From the human T2T-CHM13v2.0 reference genome, Homo sapiens, in the NCBI RefSeq assembly GCF_009914755.1, contig NC_060930.1: 64,000 bases of DNA. One strand, given 5' to 3'. A model generated the notes under the pieces. That model was not told where the DNA came from. It saw nothing but the letters and a program-made list of their open reading frames with translations, and made no database searches. Below, piece after piece: positions 30,165-44,630 of the stretch. Made by a program: the position numbers and the translations under genes. Each line of letters begins with the position of its first letter. The stretch's first letter is position 1.

Positions 30165-32384
30165 GTAGAGGGTTGTGGGTTTATTCCCCATTGCTGAAAT
30201 TTGAGTTTGTTGAAAAGTGCATCGATGTGTGCTTTAAAAGACTTTGCTTTCTCATCTTCTCATCAGCTCTTTGGATTATAAATTTGTATTATGTGTACTA
30301 GTAATCTGGAATAAGACCTTCCAAACTCACAAAGAATTTTAATATAGCTCTCGCAGACAGGCCCAGTATTGATCTGCCATACCACACGGAAAGTAAAATG
30401 TACATTTTTTCCTGGCTCCAATAAGCTGAACAGTCTCACTTTTTGCTTTTAAGCCTCTTGTCTTTTGATACAAGATGTAGAGCTTCCCTTTAATCACTGT
30501 TCCCTAGACTGTGCCTCATTAGCAAGCTTTAGTGCTTCTGCCCCAAACATCTTATTCCTGTTTTTGTATTTTTTCCTGTTCGTTTCACATGAAGACTCTA
30601 CACCAGGACAAACATGAATTGAGCCATGAAGACTCAATTAGAAAAGACATAGGAGTTATGTGGGATGGCCAGGGCTGGAAGATCAAAGAAGTTTATTTGA
30701 AAAGAATAGTCTACCCTTTTGAAAAGGAAATGTCATCATGAGGCAAATAACTCAATCACTTAGAAGTGTGAAAAAATTGTGTTTTCCTTAATCTTTCATC
30801 TTCAAAATGCTCTGCTAACACTTCCTGCCATTAGAATATATCTATGGAATATTTATTGAAAATATTACATAATTTTATTAGTCATTTTGTAGCTCATTCA
30901 ATGCCCTATTCTCTAATTTAAAAATCAGCTAATATAAAACAGTTAATTACTCTCATCACTTTGTCCCTAGAAGTTCGAGTTATTGATTTTTTACAGTATT
31001 GCCACGGACCATGGCAGGTTCTTTTATTCAGTATAAACACATGGAACCAGAAGGATGGCTTTAGTTTAACAAAATGTATAAATACAAGGAAGCCCTTTTA
31101 AAAACGTAAAAGTCAGTGTTGGAGATAGGGGAAGATTTCTATGCTAGGTACAAATTCTGTCCTTAATTCTTTCCTTTAGTTACAAAATGCTTATTATAAT
31201 GTCTCATCTAAGGGTTTCTAGATTTGCAGCCTGTTATTACCACCTCTGGATAATAACACATTTCTAGTAGATCCAAGTGTACGCAGTAAATCCTTCCATA
31301 TTTTTATATAAATAGAAGTTTGTCTCATTACCCCCCTCCTTTTTTTTTTTTTTTTTAACAAGGAGAAGCCTAATAATAAGAATATTCAGTTGGGGCTGGT
31401 TCTCTGTAAATGCCTTCTGCCCCTCTTTAACAAGCACTTGAGTTAAAATTCATAATGCTTGGGCAAGGCTCTTAAAGAAACACTGGATTATACCCAGAAC
31501 TTTCTATTCTCCCAAGGTTTTCTAAAGCATGCAATGTGGCAATAACACAGTGTCAAGAAGTGGTGGCTGGGAGAGAGAAGGGGGAAATCTTCATATTACT
31601 CTCCTAGATGGGAGAGTTTGAGATACATTTTCTAAAACTTGCTTCTGAATAGCCTGGAATTCTGGATCAGTTGGAACAGCATAGTCAGTATTTGGAAGAT
31701 GGTGAAACACTGAATTTGCTAATTTACTGGTGATTATAGGTACCTGAATACAGAGGTGATACGGCCTGCATATGATCCAGGCAGATTTTATTCATATGCT
31801 GTAGTTTGTAGTCTGAATGGTCTTCTTCAAAGTGTACTATTATGTATATTTTTTGGACTTTGTTGTCTTTCCCTGTCTTTCCTTATACTGTTAAAGCTTT
31901 AATACCCTAGTCTCTATCATATCTCAGGAGACACTGACTTCATCAAACTTAGGTTTTTGTCTTTGGCAAGCTATCTGCCCCAATATTTGTATTCCTATTC
32001 CTAAGCCTGGTCATTGTCAGATGACTCATAGAAGCCTTTAGGAGAAGCCAGAGTATACCTAGCTCTAGGAGTGCTTATCAGATTAATGACCTGATCATGA
32101 AACTGGCTTAAAAACATTAGACACATATACTCACACACATACACATGCTGTGTAGATGTTTTTGCCCACAGAAGGGGCTGCCAGCTGCATCAGGACTGGC
32201 CGTAGTCTTCTCTGTGCTCAGATATGCTAAATATTCATGGAAGTTGCAGCTGCTGGAGTATCTCTTCCCAGAAAGCTCCCACACCCCAACTGGACATTCC
32301 ATTGGTCACTGTTAGGTGGTGACTGCTCATAGCTTTTCTCTGCAGCAGAAATGTTGCTTTCCACATAGCCGGGAAAAAAAAAAA

Positions 32385-32385
<1 letters not shown>

Positions 32386-32433
<48 letters not shown>

Positions 32434-32625
32434 TATATATATACACACATATATATACGTATATACACACACATATATACATATATACACACACATATAT
32501 ATACACATATATATACACATATATATACATATATACACATATATATACATATATACACACATATATATATACACATATATATACACACATATATATATAC
32601 ATATATATACACACACATATATATA
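32386..32625. repeat. Compound (CA)n/(TA)n microsatellite
   Basis: About 240 bp of alternating purine-pyrimidine sequence after an A run. Confidence 0.95.
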
Positions 32626-34763
32626 TGGCTTTGATTTATTGCCAGCCCTGGAGGAAAGGAAAAAAAAAAAGATTAAGGAGTAATTTAGTAAAGAGCAGAA
32701 TCCTTTCTGTTGAAAATCAGTTATTGCCGTATTGACTATGACATAGGGCTTCTGGAGTGGGAGCTAGGAAGGCTCAAAGAAAAGCAGTTTATTGCTTTAT
32801 TGTGAGGATTTTTAATCCCATAGCTGGTAGGAGCCAGCACCAAGAAGAAATGATCACTCTACTTGTCGTCTGGGTATGAGCAATTGGATGAAGAAAAAAA
32901 TGAAAGCCAGAAGAAAATGAGGCCATACTGGTCCAGGATCAAGGGAATTGACTTTTATGCCCATGGCTCTGTTGTGAGCTTTCTGTATAACCTTGGACAA
33001 GTCCCCAGACCTCTCTGGGAACCAGGTTTGTCATCTACGAATGAAAGAGCAGAACCGGGTGCTCTCTGGCTGTTACTGTGATGGTTAGGATCCCTTCCAG
33101 CTCTGGCATTTGATGGTTCTCTGCCTCTATTTGTCCTGCACAAGAACTAGGCACAGAGTGAAAGCAGGTCCAGTGGGCCTGATTTTCCACATGGAAGTCA
33201 TCAGCCCTCTGCTGCATGAGAAGAAAGGATATTATAGGCTGGGCATCCAGGCTGTCAATTACCTACCTCTGAAGGAAGCATGCCGGAGGCTATATGAGAG
33301 TTCTTCCTGTGTGCGGAACACTCACTGAATCAGATTTCTAGGGCTCTGTGTAAGTGATAGCTGTAGGTGCGTAAACCTGCAGAACACAAATTCCTGCCTG
33401 TGATGCCTGTGGTATTAAGTTGACACAGTGTGAACTGCTTAATGGTCCCTCTTTGTTCCCTTAATTGTGTTCCTATCAAGAGGCAAGGAATAAGTAATAT
33501 GAGTAAATGGCTCATTGTAATGAAATAGCTTTTAGCTTCCAGGTAGCTTGCTGTAAGTGGAGGTTCCTGCTGTGCTTAGCAGAATTTTGGAAGGAAACTG
33601 TCCTTTTGCCTTTAGAGTGGCAGCCTTGTTAACAAACAGGAGCTGCAGTTTCTTGTTTAGTCTGACGCTACTAGAGTCCTTGTTGTCTCATTAGGCACAT
33701 AACACAGTGAGCTATGCCTTGAGAAGCAAAAACCCGATGAACCACAAACCTGATGCATTTCCAGTGGGCTGAGGGACATGTCAGTACGGAAGGAAATCTC
33801 TGTGTTTGCCAAGGAATCACATTTTTAGGGTAGCATTTTTTGTTAGATGGAATTGGGAATTCCCCCTACTCCCACCCCCTTGTTTGTAATATGTTACTTG
33901 TCCTAGCCAAACTGATCAAGAAGAGATCTTGAGCCTTGGTTTGCTGTTCTAATAAGTAGGATTTGTCTTAATACTAGCTTATTCTTATTTTTCTTCTTAT
34001 TTTGCCTGTGAAACAGTTTGGATTCTTAGGACAACTGGGCCAGAATTATCCTCTAAAGCAAGGACATCCATTGTCTCTCACAAAGTGGCTGTAGCACTAA
34101 TTGTGGTATCTACAGCTTGATTCAAGGGAAAGCGTGGCTACTCTGGTACCAAGACAAGCCGTGGCCATCAGGCCCTCAGCTGGTCAAAGCCTTACAGTTG
34201 CCAGGTGTAGGAGCCAGCTCTGGTTCCGTTATTTCATCAGAGACACTTGACTGCCTGGATTAGGAATTTCTCAGTAGACAGCTGCTTTTCCCCCTCCACA
34301 CTGAAATTCAAACTTTCTAGCCACTTGACTCTTCAGAGCAGAGATTGGTGGAAGTAATTTAAAATTGTATTAACATAAAGGTTGTAGGAATCCAGTTTTG
34401 GGGATATCCTTCCCAATAACCCTCAGGACCTCCGAAGAAAAGCTCACAAAAATAGAGATGGACTTACAGACAAGTTTGTTTCTAGTAAACGTCAAATGTT
34501 GAGGGTCAGTTGGAAGTCATTTTGGTTTCCTCTTGAGGAGGTGGGAAGGATTCCAGTCTTTGGATAGTATATGTGCATATTAGAAAAGAAACGTGGAGAA
34601 AGAGGTCTGCCTTCACGATGGAGCATGGCTAAGAGCTGCTTGGCAAGTATTAGCCTCAGAAAAGAGATTATGCAGAACACTGTAGGCATGGGAGACGCAA
34701 GAAAGGAAGGATCCTGGATTTTATTTAGCATTTTTTGAAGACTAAAATCAAAGAAAAGGGAGT

Positions 34764-34885
34764 TTTTTGTTTTTTTGTTTTTGTTTTTCCTTAGAGACAG
34801 GATCTTGTTCTGTCACCCAGGCTGGAGTTCTGTGGCACAATCCTGGTTCACTGCAGCCTCAAACTTCTGGGCTCAAGTGATCCTC
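34764..34885 (-). repeat. Partial Alu (right-arm fragment)
   Basis: agagacaggatcttgttctgtcacccaggctggag...gggctcaagtgatcctc. Confidence 0.85.
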
Positions 34886-35105
34886 AGAAAGGGGTGTATT
34901 CTAATCAAAGGCCTTTCAGATTGGAGGTATGGATATATATCCAGAAATGCAGTTGTGATTCTATGTGACACTTGAATTATTCACCTTCTCTTTTCCACCT
35001 TTCTTCTTTGATGAAAAAAGAGCCAATAATCTCGAATTTGTTCCACACTGCCTGTCTTGGTATTAGCCACATGCACAAGATACACTGGATGTTTCTCTCC
35101 CTTAG

Positions 35106-35226
35106 GTTCTGTCCATGAGACCTAGGATTCATGGGAGTGCAGCCCGGGAAGAAGACGAACACCCTTATGAACTGTTGTTAACAGCAGAGACAAAGAAAGT
35201 GGTGTTGGTGGATGGAAAAACAAAAG
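35106..35226 (+). CDS. ANKS1A: ANKS1A coding exon 10 (121 nt): VLSMRPRIHGSAAREEDEHPYELLLTAETKKVVLVDGKTK
   Basis: Acceptor tttctctcccttAG; donor AAG|GTACGT; phase 0-1. Confidence 0.95.
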
Positions 35227-36199
35227 GTACGTTCCCCACAACTCCTGGCAGAACCAACTCCAAAGGGATTTTTAAAGTTTGTGATCCTGAGTGGAAGGGG
35301 AAGATGTCGTAACTATGATATTCCTTGGGTTGTGGTGGTTGGGTTTCACGATGATCTGGGATGGTGGGTCCATTATGGCTTTTCATTTCCAATACCTGAC
35401 CTATATGCTCTAGGTTGGAGTTGGCTGCCACCTTCAGTATGCGAAGCAAGGAAAAGGTTAGGTCAGACTAGGTGCTAACTGTGGGAGGAGAGACCACCAG
35501 CCCCACGGCAGAGATTGATTTGGGGTCTCAAATCATAAACCCTCAAGTTAATGCTGTGGAAAAACAAGCTCAACAAGTCAGTCCCTTTGGGTTCAGGCTG
35601 ACGGCACAGACTCTGCTTTTGAGTCCTGACCTCAGAGTGAGACACTCCTGGGGAGGGGCCCGTGATTGGCTGCCACCCTGTAACTAGAGTGCTCTGTCGC
35701 CTTGGCCTACTTTCATTGCCTCTGCAAAATTCAGTTTCCTCTGTAAGGGAGTGAGTGCTGCAGTACTGAGATCCAGCCCGTCGATATAAGTGCAGTCACG
35801 ACAGAGGTGAGTGTGCACTGCTGGAGAATTTGTGTCAACCCCTGTTCTAAGGAAGAATGATAAGGGACAATGCAGTTCCCACTGCAGTTTGAAGGAACTC
35901 TTGTGACCTTTCCCAGCTCTCTACAGCTTGCAGGTATTAGGGCCTTCATGGGGTATGCGTACCTTCTTTCAACCCTAAGACATTCCATGGTTCAGGTAAG
36001 AACAGAGGATGAGATGGTTTCCTTTGAAATGCCCTTTGCTGAGATCTGTCAGTGGGTAGAGGGCGGCAAAGAGAATGTGTGCATATGCGTATGACATTGT
36101 AGACTTTATTTTTAATGGTCCTGTTTAAAAGGTTTTCTCTTGCATGCAGACATTGTGGTCATTTTCATAGTGTTTTTTTTTTGTTTTGTTTTGTATTTT

Positions 36200-38300
<2,101 letters not shown>

Positions 38301-39167
38301 CATATTGGTAGATTTTTAATTAAAACATTTAGAAAAGGTGAAGTAGAACACTAATGCCCTCTCTAGTCATTCGATAATAAATTATGCTTAAAAAACTAAC
38401 CCTTAAAAAACAAGCAATTAATGAATGCTGTGTTTGAAAATGGTTCATAGTGAAGGAATAATTTTTAGCATCATGGAGGAGGGAGATTCCAGTTCTTTCT
38501 TTCTTTCATTCAAAGGTTTCATCTGGAACCACTACAAGATAATTGACTCAACCTTTGGAAGAAAGAAAAGTGGAAAGTTAGACTAACTTCATAAGTGGGG
38601 CTGGTGTCCTTAGCTACCAAGTGTGCCTGAAAGGGATTTTGTATCCCCATATCAAGAGATCGTCAGGTTAAGGAAGGAACTGCCAAGGAGGACTTTTGGC
38701 TACACATCTGGTCCTCCTATGCTTTGGTTTCTTCCAATTCTGCAATATTGGGCTAAGTGTTGAGAGTGGGTGGTATAGAAGCAGATTTAATTGAACCACA
38801 GGCTGTGGGATGCGCCTGCCTCAAGGCTTGCTGTTTAGATCACTCAAAGAGCTTTCAGACAAAATACCTGAGACACTGAATATGAAAATGGGCTCTGCTA
38901 GTTTCTTAGAAGCCTTGCCTATCCTGGCAGCCTGGCAGGAAAAGCTAGCCTAGAAGGAGTGCCTGCTAAGGTTAGTATAAGTGAGGTACATCAGCAGACC
39001 ATGTGGTAGGTATTACTGAATCTTTTCTGTATTTCCTTTAATGTCATTGTCTTATGCAGCTTTTATGAATTAATTGATCAGTTTTCAAAAGGCCATGTTA
39101 GTGAGACTGTCAGAGCTTTTAACCCCTCCTTAGTATAATTAAAAAAACTACAATGTGTGAGGGGTGG

Positions 39168-39642
39168 TGAGGGAAGAGAGAGACCCTCTCATATTGTTTT
39201 ATACTCAGAAAAGAAAAGAGAAGCAAAACTAAAGGCAGGTAGCCTGGCACCTAGGAACAGACCCAAAACCAAGGAACCAGACCCGAAACCAGGCCTGGGC
39301 CTGCCTGACCTAAGCCTGGTAGTTAAAATTCTACCCCTGACCTAGCAACTGATGTTATCTCTAGATTATAGAAAGACATTGTAAAACTTCCCGGTCTGTT
39401 CTATTTCACTCTGACCACCGTTGCATGCAGCCCCTGTCACGTACCCCCTGCTTGCTCAATCGATCATGACCCTCTCACGCGGACCCCCCTTAGAGTTGTG
39501 AGCCCTTAAAAGGGACAGGAATTGCTCAGTCGGGGAGCTCGGATTTTAAGACACTAGCCTGCTGATGCTCCCAGCTGATTAAAGCCACTCCCTTCACTAT
39601 CTTGGTGTCTGAGGGGTTTTGTCTGCGGCTTGTCCTGCTACA
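39168..39642 (+). promoter_or_regulatory. 5' LTR (LTR2-family, probably LTR2B/2C); TATA-like TTAAAA at 39506 and poly(A) signal ATTAAA at 39578
   Basis: Starts TGAGGGAAGAGAG, ends GCTACA; about 96% identical to 44631-45114. Confidence 0.9.
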
Positions 39643-39647
39643 TTTCT

Positions 39648-39665
39648 TGGTTCCCTGACCAGGAA
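39648..39665 (+). other. Primer-binding site complementary to tRNA-Glu
   Basis: TGGTTCCCTGACCAGGAA versus the tRNA-Glu(CTC) 3' complement TGGTTCCCTGACCGGGAA (17/18), 5 nt after the LTR. Confidence 0.9.
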
Positions 39666-40301
39666 GCGAGGTGATTAACGGATGGTTGAGGCAGCTCCTT
39701 AGGCGACTTTAGCCTGCCCTGTGGAACATCCCTGCGGGGGACTCCAACCAGCCAAAGCAACGCGGATCCTGAGAGTGCTCCTGGGTAGGCACTTGCCCTG
39801 ATGGGACGCCTTGCCAGAGCAGTGTGTGGCAGGCCCCCGTGGAGGATCAGCACAGTGGCTGAACACCAGGAAGGAACTGGCATTTGGAGTCTGGACATCT
39901 AAAACTTGGTAAGACTTGTCTTTGGAACTTGCCCACTCCATCTGAGTGGAAGCATGGCCTGATCATCCACGGTGTGCCTTTATCGGCACTTTGGTTTTGG
40001 TTTTGACATGGTTTGAATTCCTTGACAGGGTTGGTCTTGGGAATTTGCCTCTACCATTTGAGCGGAAGCATGGCCTGATCACCCATGGCGTGCCTGTACC
40101 GGCACTTTGGTTTTTGTTTTTGACTTGACTTGGGTTGCTTGATACTTTGGTTTTGGTTTTGACCTGGCTTGGATTTCTGGATACTCTGATTTTGGTTTTG
40201 ATTTTGGTTTGGTGTAAACTGCAAAAGTGTGTGTGTGCCCTTTTTACCTGTTCTTTGTTTTGTGTGTGTGGTGTGAGCGTGGTGTTTTGTCTCAAAGAAG
40301 C

Positions 40302-40610
40302 ATGGGTCAGGAACAAATAAGCCCACCCTACTAGGAACTATGTTGAAAAATTTCAAGAAAGGATTTAAGGGAGATTACGGTGTTACTATGACACCAGGAA
40401 AACTTAGAACTTTGTGTGAAATAGACTGGCCAGCATTAGAGGTGGGTTGGCCATCAGAAGGAAGCCTAGACAGGTCCCTTGTTTCAAAGGTATGGCACAA
40501 GGTAACCTGTAAGCCAAGGCACCCAGACCAGTTTCCCTACATAGACAGTTACAGCTGGTTTTAGACCCCCTTCCCCGCCACAGTAGTTAAGAGAACAGCA
40601 GCATAAGCGG
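40302..40610 (+). pseudogene. gag (matrix) remnant, frameshifted and truncated
   Basis: ATG GGT CAG (MGQ myristoylation-type start), then LKNFKKGFKGDYGVTMTPGKLRTLCEIDWPALEVGWPSEGSLD...DQFPYID, a gammaretrovirus-like MA. Confidence 0.8.
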
Positions 40611-42073
40611 CTGGCAGAGGCAAGGAAAGACCAGCAGAGAGAAAGAGAGGAAAAGACAGGAAGAGACAGAGAGACAAAGAAGGAGTCAAGAAAAGAGAAA
40701 GAGAGACAGAGAAAGAGAGAGGCAGAAAGAGGAAGAGACAGAGGCAAAAGGAAAGTCAGAGAGAGAGAGACAGAAAGTCAAAGAGAGAAAAAGAGAAAGA
40801 AATATACAAGTACTTAAGAAAAAAACAGTATACCCTATTCCTTTAAAAGCCAAGGTAAATTTGAAACCTATAATTGATAATTAAAGGTATTCTTCGTAAC
40901 CCTGTAACACTCTAATACCACTTTGTTGTCAGTGTAGTCAGTGTAAACAAGGGCGTATCCCGAAAGCACTGAGGCCTTCCTATCAAAAATCCTTAACCCA
41001 GTAACCCGCAGATGGCCCAGATGCATTCAATCTGTAGTGGCAGCTGCTTTGCTAATGAAAAAAAAAAAAAAGCCATCTATACCAATTCTAAGTTAATTTA
41101 GACTAAACAAGGTCTTATTAATAGCAAAGGATAATTGAAATCCCAAACTAACAAGGTTTTCAACAAAAGTAAAGTTTGCTAAAAGTTAACAGTGTAACAT
41201 GTATTATAGTAACTTCTAATCTTGTGGCCTTAGACAGTCTAGTCCACAGACGTAAAGAAAGTTCACTTAAAAAAAAAAAAAGAATGGTTATCTTCAAAGA
41301 AAAAAAAGTGGAGGGAGGCAAAATTTATGTAAAAAGAGTGTTATATAGTAAATTCTTGTCCTGAAATAAATTAACCGGTTGTTTAAAGAAAAAAATGTTT
41401 GTAATAAGTCAGAAAGTTGAGACATGTTGAAGAATTATCTGTGAAAGTCATGAAAGAAAAAATGTTATAAAAAAATTTATGCAAAAAATGTTGTATAATT
41501 TAAAAGTAATAAAGCCTCCTGAGTACTATTAAAGAAACAGTTTATGTGCAAGGTGTATAAGGAAAGTAAAATATACCTTTGGTAAAAGGATTATAAGGAG
41601 GCATAAGAATGTGGATTTTTACCTACATTAAAAGGTTAAAAAAAATTATTGCTTTGAAAGTTTAAGCAAGTTTTAAAATGTTAATTGTAAAAAAAAAAAT
41701 TCTGTGTGTAAACATGTTAGCTAAAGTTAAAAAGGTATCATTCAGTTTTTCTGTGAACTGGACATTAAAGTAAAAATGCAACAGGTTTTTCTTAAAGCAC
41801 CAACCTGCTCTTTAACAAAAATTATGAAAGGTTAAAAAGAGTCTATAAAAACTTACCTTATGGTCAAACATGAAAAATTGGATAAATATGTCTACAAGGT
41901 TTTATTAAAATTAAGTTTAACGTTAATAACACACTAATATAAAGGTAAAATTTAGCTTATCTGGTATAAAAATCATATAAGAAGCATTATTAAATATAAA
42001 ATGGTGTTTAGCTTTCTTTGGTCTAAAAACTAATAAAAATTGGTGCTGAAGGAAACATTCATTTTACTAGAGG

Positions 42074-42640
42074 ATGATAGAAGTTAAAGACTTAAAACAA
42101 ACTTTGGCAATTAAGACAGCATACCAAGATGCAAATGCCTGGTTGGAATGGATCAAATATTCCATCTGCACATTAAACAAAAGCAATTGTTATGCTTGTG
42201 CACATGGCAGGCCAGAGGCCCTGATTGTCCCTCTTCCACTAAGGTGGTCCTCCAGTCAGCTCCATGGTAGCTCTTTTCCGGGATTCTACAGCCTGGAGTA
42301 ATAAGTCATGCCAAGCTCTCTCTGCTATATCTCAAAGTCCAGCACCCTGCGGGGCAGCCCCTGAGGGCCATCCAGCTTCCATCTCCCAACACTAGGTTCA
42401 CTTCGTGTCTCTCACGACAGGGAAGAAATTTAGCATTCCTTGGAGACCTGAAAGGATGCAGTGAGCTTAAGAATTTTCAAGAGCTTATCAATCAGTCAGC
42501 CCTTGTTCATCCCCGAGCGGATGTGTGGTGGTATTGTGGTGGACCTTTACTGGGCACTCTGCTGAATAACTAGAGTGGCACTTGTGCTTTAGTCCATTTG
42601 GCTATCCCTTTCACGCTGGCATTTCATCAACCAGAGGAAA
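42074..42640 (+). pseudogene. env SU fragment of a different class I ERV (HERV-I/IP-like)
   Basis: DANAWLEWIKY...NKSNCYACAHGRPE (CxxC motif)...ADVWWYCGGPLL...SGTCALV; broken by frameshifts. Confidence 0.7.
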
Positions 42641-42646
42641 AAAAAA

Positions 42647-43120
42647 ATGGCAGTTGGAGTTTTAACCCAGACTGTAAGGCCCTGGCCAAGGCCAGTGGCC
42701 TATCTCTCAAAAGAATTAGACAGGGTTTACAAAGTCTGGCCCCCATGTCTAAGGGCCCTGGCAGCAACAGCCCTGTTAGCACAAGAAGCAGATAAGCTAA
42801 CTCTTAGGCAAAACCTAAACATAAAGTCCCCCTGTGCTGTGGTGACTTTAATAAATAGCAAAGGACACTATTAGCTAATGAATGCTAGACTAACTAGATA
42901 CCAAAGCTTGCTCTGTGAAAATCCCCGCATAACCATTGAAGTTTGCAACACCCTAAACGCCACCACCTCACTCTTGGTATCAGAGAGCCCGGTTAAACAT
43001 AACTGTGTAGAGGCATTAGACTCAGTTTATTCTAGTGCGCCCAACCTCCGAGACCATCCTTAAACATCAGTAGACTGGGAGCTGTACGTGGATGGGAGCA
43101 GCTTCACCAACCCCTGCAAA
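42647..43120 (+). pseudogene. pol fragment (RT connection/tether to the start of RNase H)
   Basis: AVGVLTQ...RPVAYLSKELD...WPPCLRALAATALL...NARLTRYQSLL...ELYVDGSSF. Confidence 0.85.
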
Positions 43121-43193
43121 GTGACTCTGAAGAAGACGACAAGCCCTGCTTCAGTTACACCCGGAAGCTGACTGGTCCACGCATGGCCGAAGC

Positions 43194-44601
43194 ATGAGGA
43201 AACTCATCGCGGGACTCATTTTCCTTAAAATTTGGACTTATACAGTAAGGACTTCAACTGACCTTCCTCAGACGAAGGACTGTTCCCAGTATATACATCA
43301 AGTCACTGAGGTAGGACAAAAGATAGCTACAGTCCTATTATTTTATAGTTATTATAAGTGTACTGGTACTCTAAAAGAAACTTGTTTGTATAATCCTATT
43401 ATATCCAAGGTATGTAGCCCAGTCTCTAAATGTTATGTTTGTGGAGAAACTGTAATAGAAGATCAATGGCCATAAGAAGCCTGAGAATTAGTGCCTACAG
43501 ACCCAGTTCCTGATGAATTCCCGGCCCTAAAGAATCACCCTGATCATTTCTAGGTTCTAAAAGTCTCAATTATTAGACAATATTGCATAGCTAGAAAAAA
43601 GAAAGAATTCACTCATTCTGTAGGATGACTTAGTTGCCTAGGACAAAAACTGTATAATAATACCACAAAAACAGTTACGTGGTGGAGTTCAAACCGCACA
43701 GATAAAAATCCATTCAGTAAATCTCCAAAGTTGCAGACCGTTTAAGCCCACCCAGAATCCCACCAGGACTAGACGGCTCCCACTAGGCTATACTAGATAT
43801 GTGGACATAGAACCTACGCTAAGCTGCCTGACCAGTGGACAGGTAGTTGTGTTATTGGCACTATTAAAACCATCTTTCTTCCTACTGCCCATAAAAACAG
43901 GCGAACTCCTAGGCTTCCCTGTCTATGCTTCCCGCAAAAAGAAAAGCATAGCTATTAAAAAATTGAAAAATAATGAATCGCCCCCTAAGCGAATCATACA
44001 ATATTATAGGCCTGCTACTTAGGCACTAGACAGCTCATGGGGATACCAGACCCCCATTTACATGCTCAACCGAATCATACGGTTGCAAGCTGTTTTAGAA
44101 ATCATCACTGATAAAACCGGTCAAGCCTTGACTATTCTGGCCCGGCAAGAAACTCAGATGAGAAATGCTGTCTATCAAAATAGATTGGCTCTCGACTACT
44201 TGCTAGCAGCTGAAAGAGAGGTCTATAAAAAATTTAACCTTACTAATTACTGTCTACACATAGATAATCAAAGGCAAGTAGTTAAAGACATAGTTAAAAA
44301 TATGACAGAACTGGCACATGTGCCCGTACAAGTGTAGCATGGATTCGACCCTGAGGCCATGTTTAGAAATTGGTTCCCAGCACTAGAAAGATTTAAAACT
44401 CTTATAATAAGAGTTATAATAGTAATAGGAACCTGCTTACTGCTCCCTTGTTTGCTACCTGTACTTCTTCAAGTGATAAAAAGCCTCATCGCTACCTTAG
44501 TTCACCAAAATGCTTCAGCACAAGTGTACTATATGAATCACTATCAATCTATTGCACAAGAAGACAGAAGTGGCGAAAATAAGAGTGAGAACTCCCACTA
44601 A
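43194..44601 (+). pseudogene. HERV-E-type env remnant (internal SU deletion, many stops, one frameshift)
   Basis: Signal peptide MRKLIAGLIFLKIW; CYVC motif; degenerate furin site; ISD-like [12 protein letters not shown]; TM helix VIIVIGTCLLLPCLLPVLL. Confidence 0.9.
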
Positions 44602-44618
44602 TAAAAAGTGAGAGTCTC

Positions 44619-44630
44619 AAAGAGGGGAAA
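44619..44630 (+). other. Polypurine tract
   Basis: AAAGAGGGGAAA immediately before the TG of the 3' LTR. Confidence 0.85.

Noticed and set aside
32227-32735. ORFs rich in Y/I/C/V or H/T
   Set aside because: Translations of the (CA/TA)n microsatellite.
39930-40210. Spaced short repeats that superficially look like an array
   Set aside because: Internal duplications of the ERV leader in eukaryotic DNA, not CRISPR.
43194-44601. Possible domesticated (syncytin-like) env
   Set aside because: At least nine in-frame stops, a frameshift near 43869, an SU deletion and a damaged TM cysteine motif; the longest pieces are 80-93 aa.
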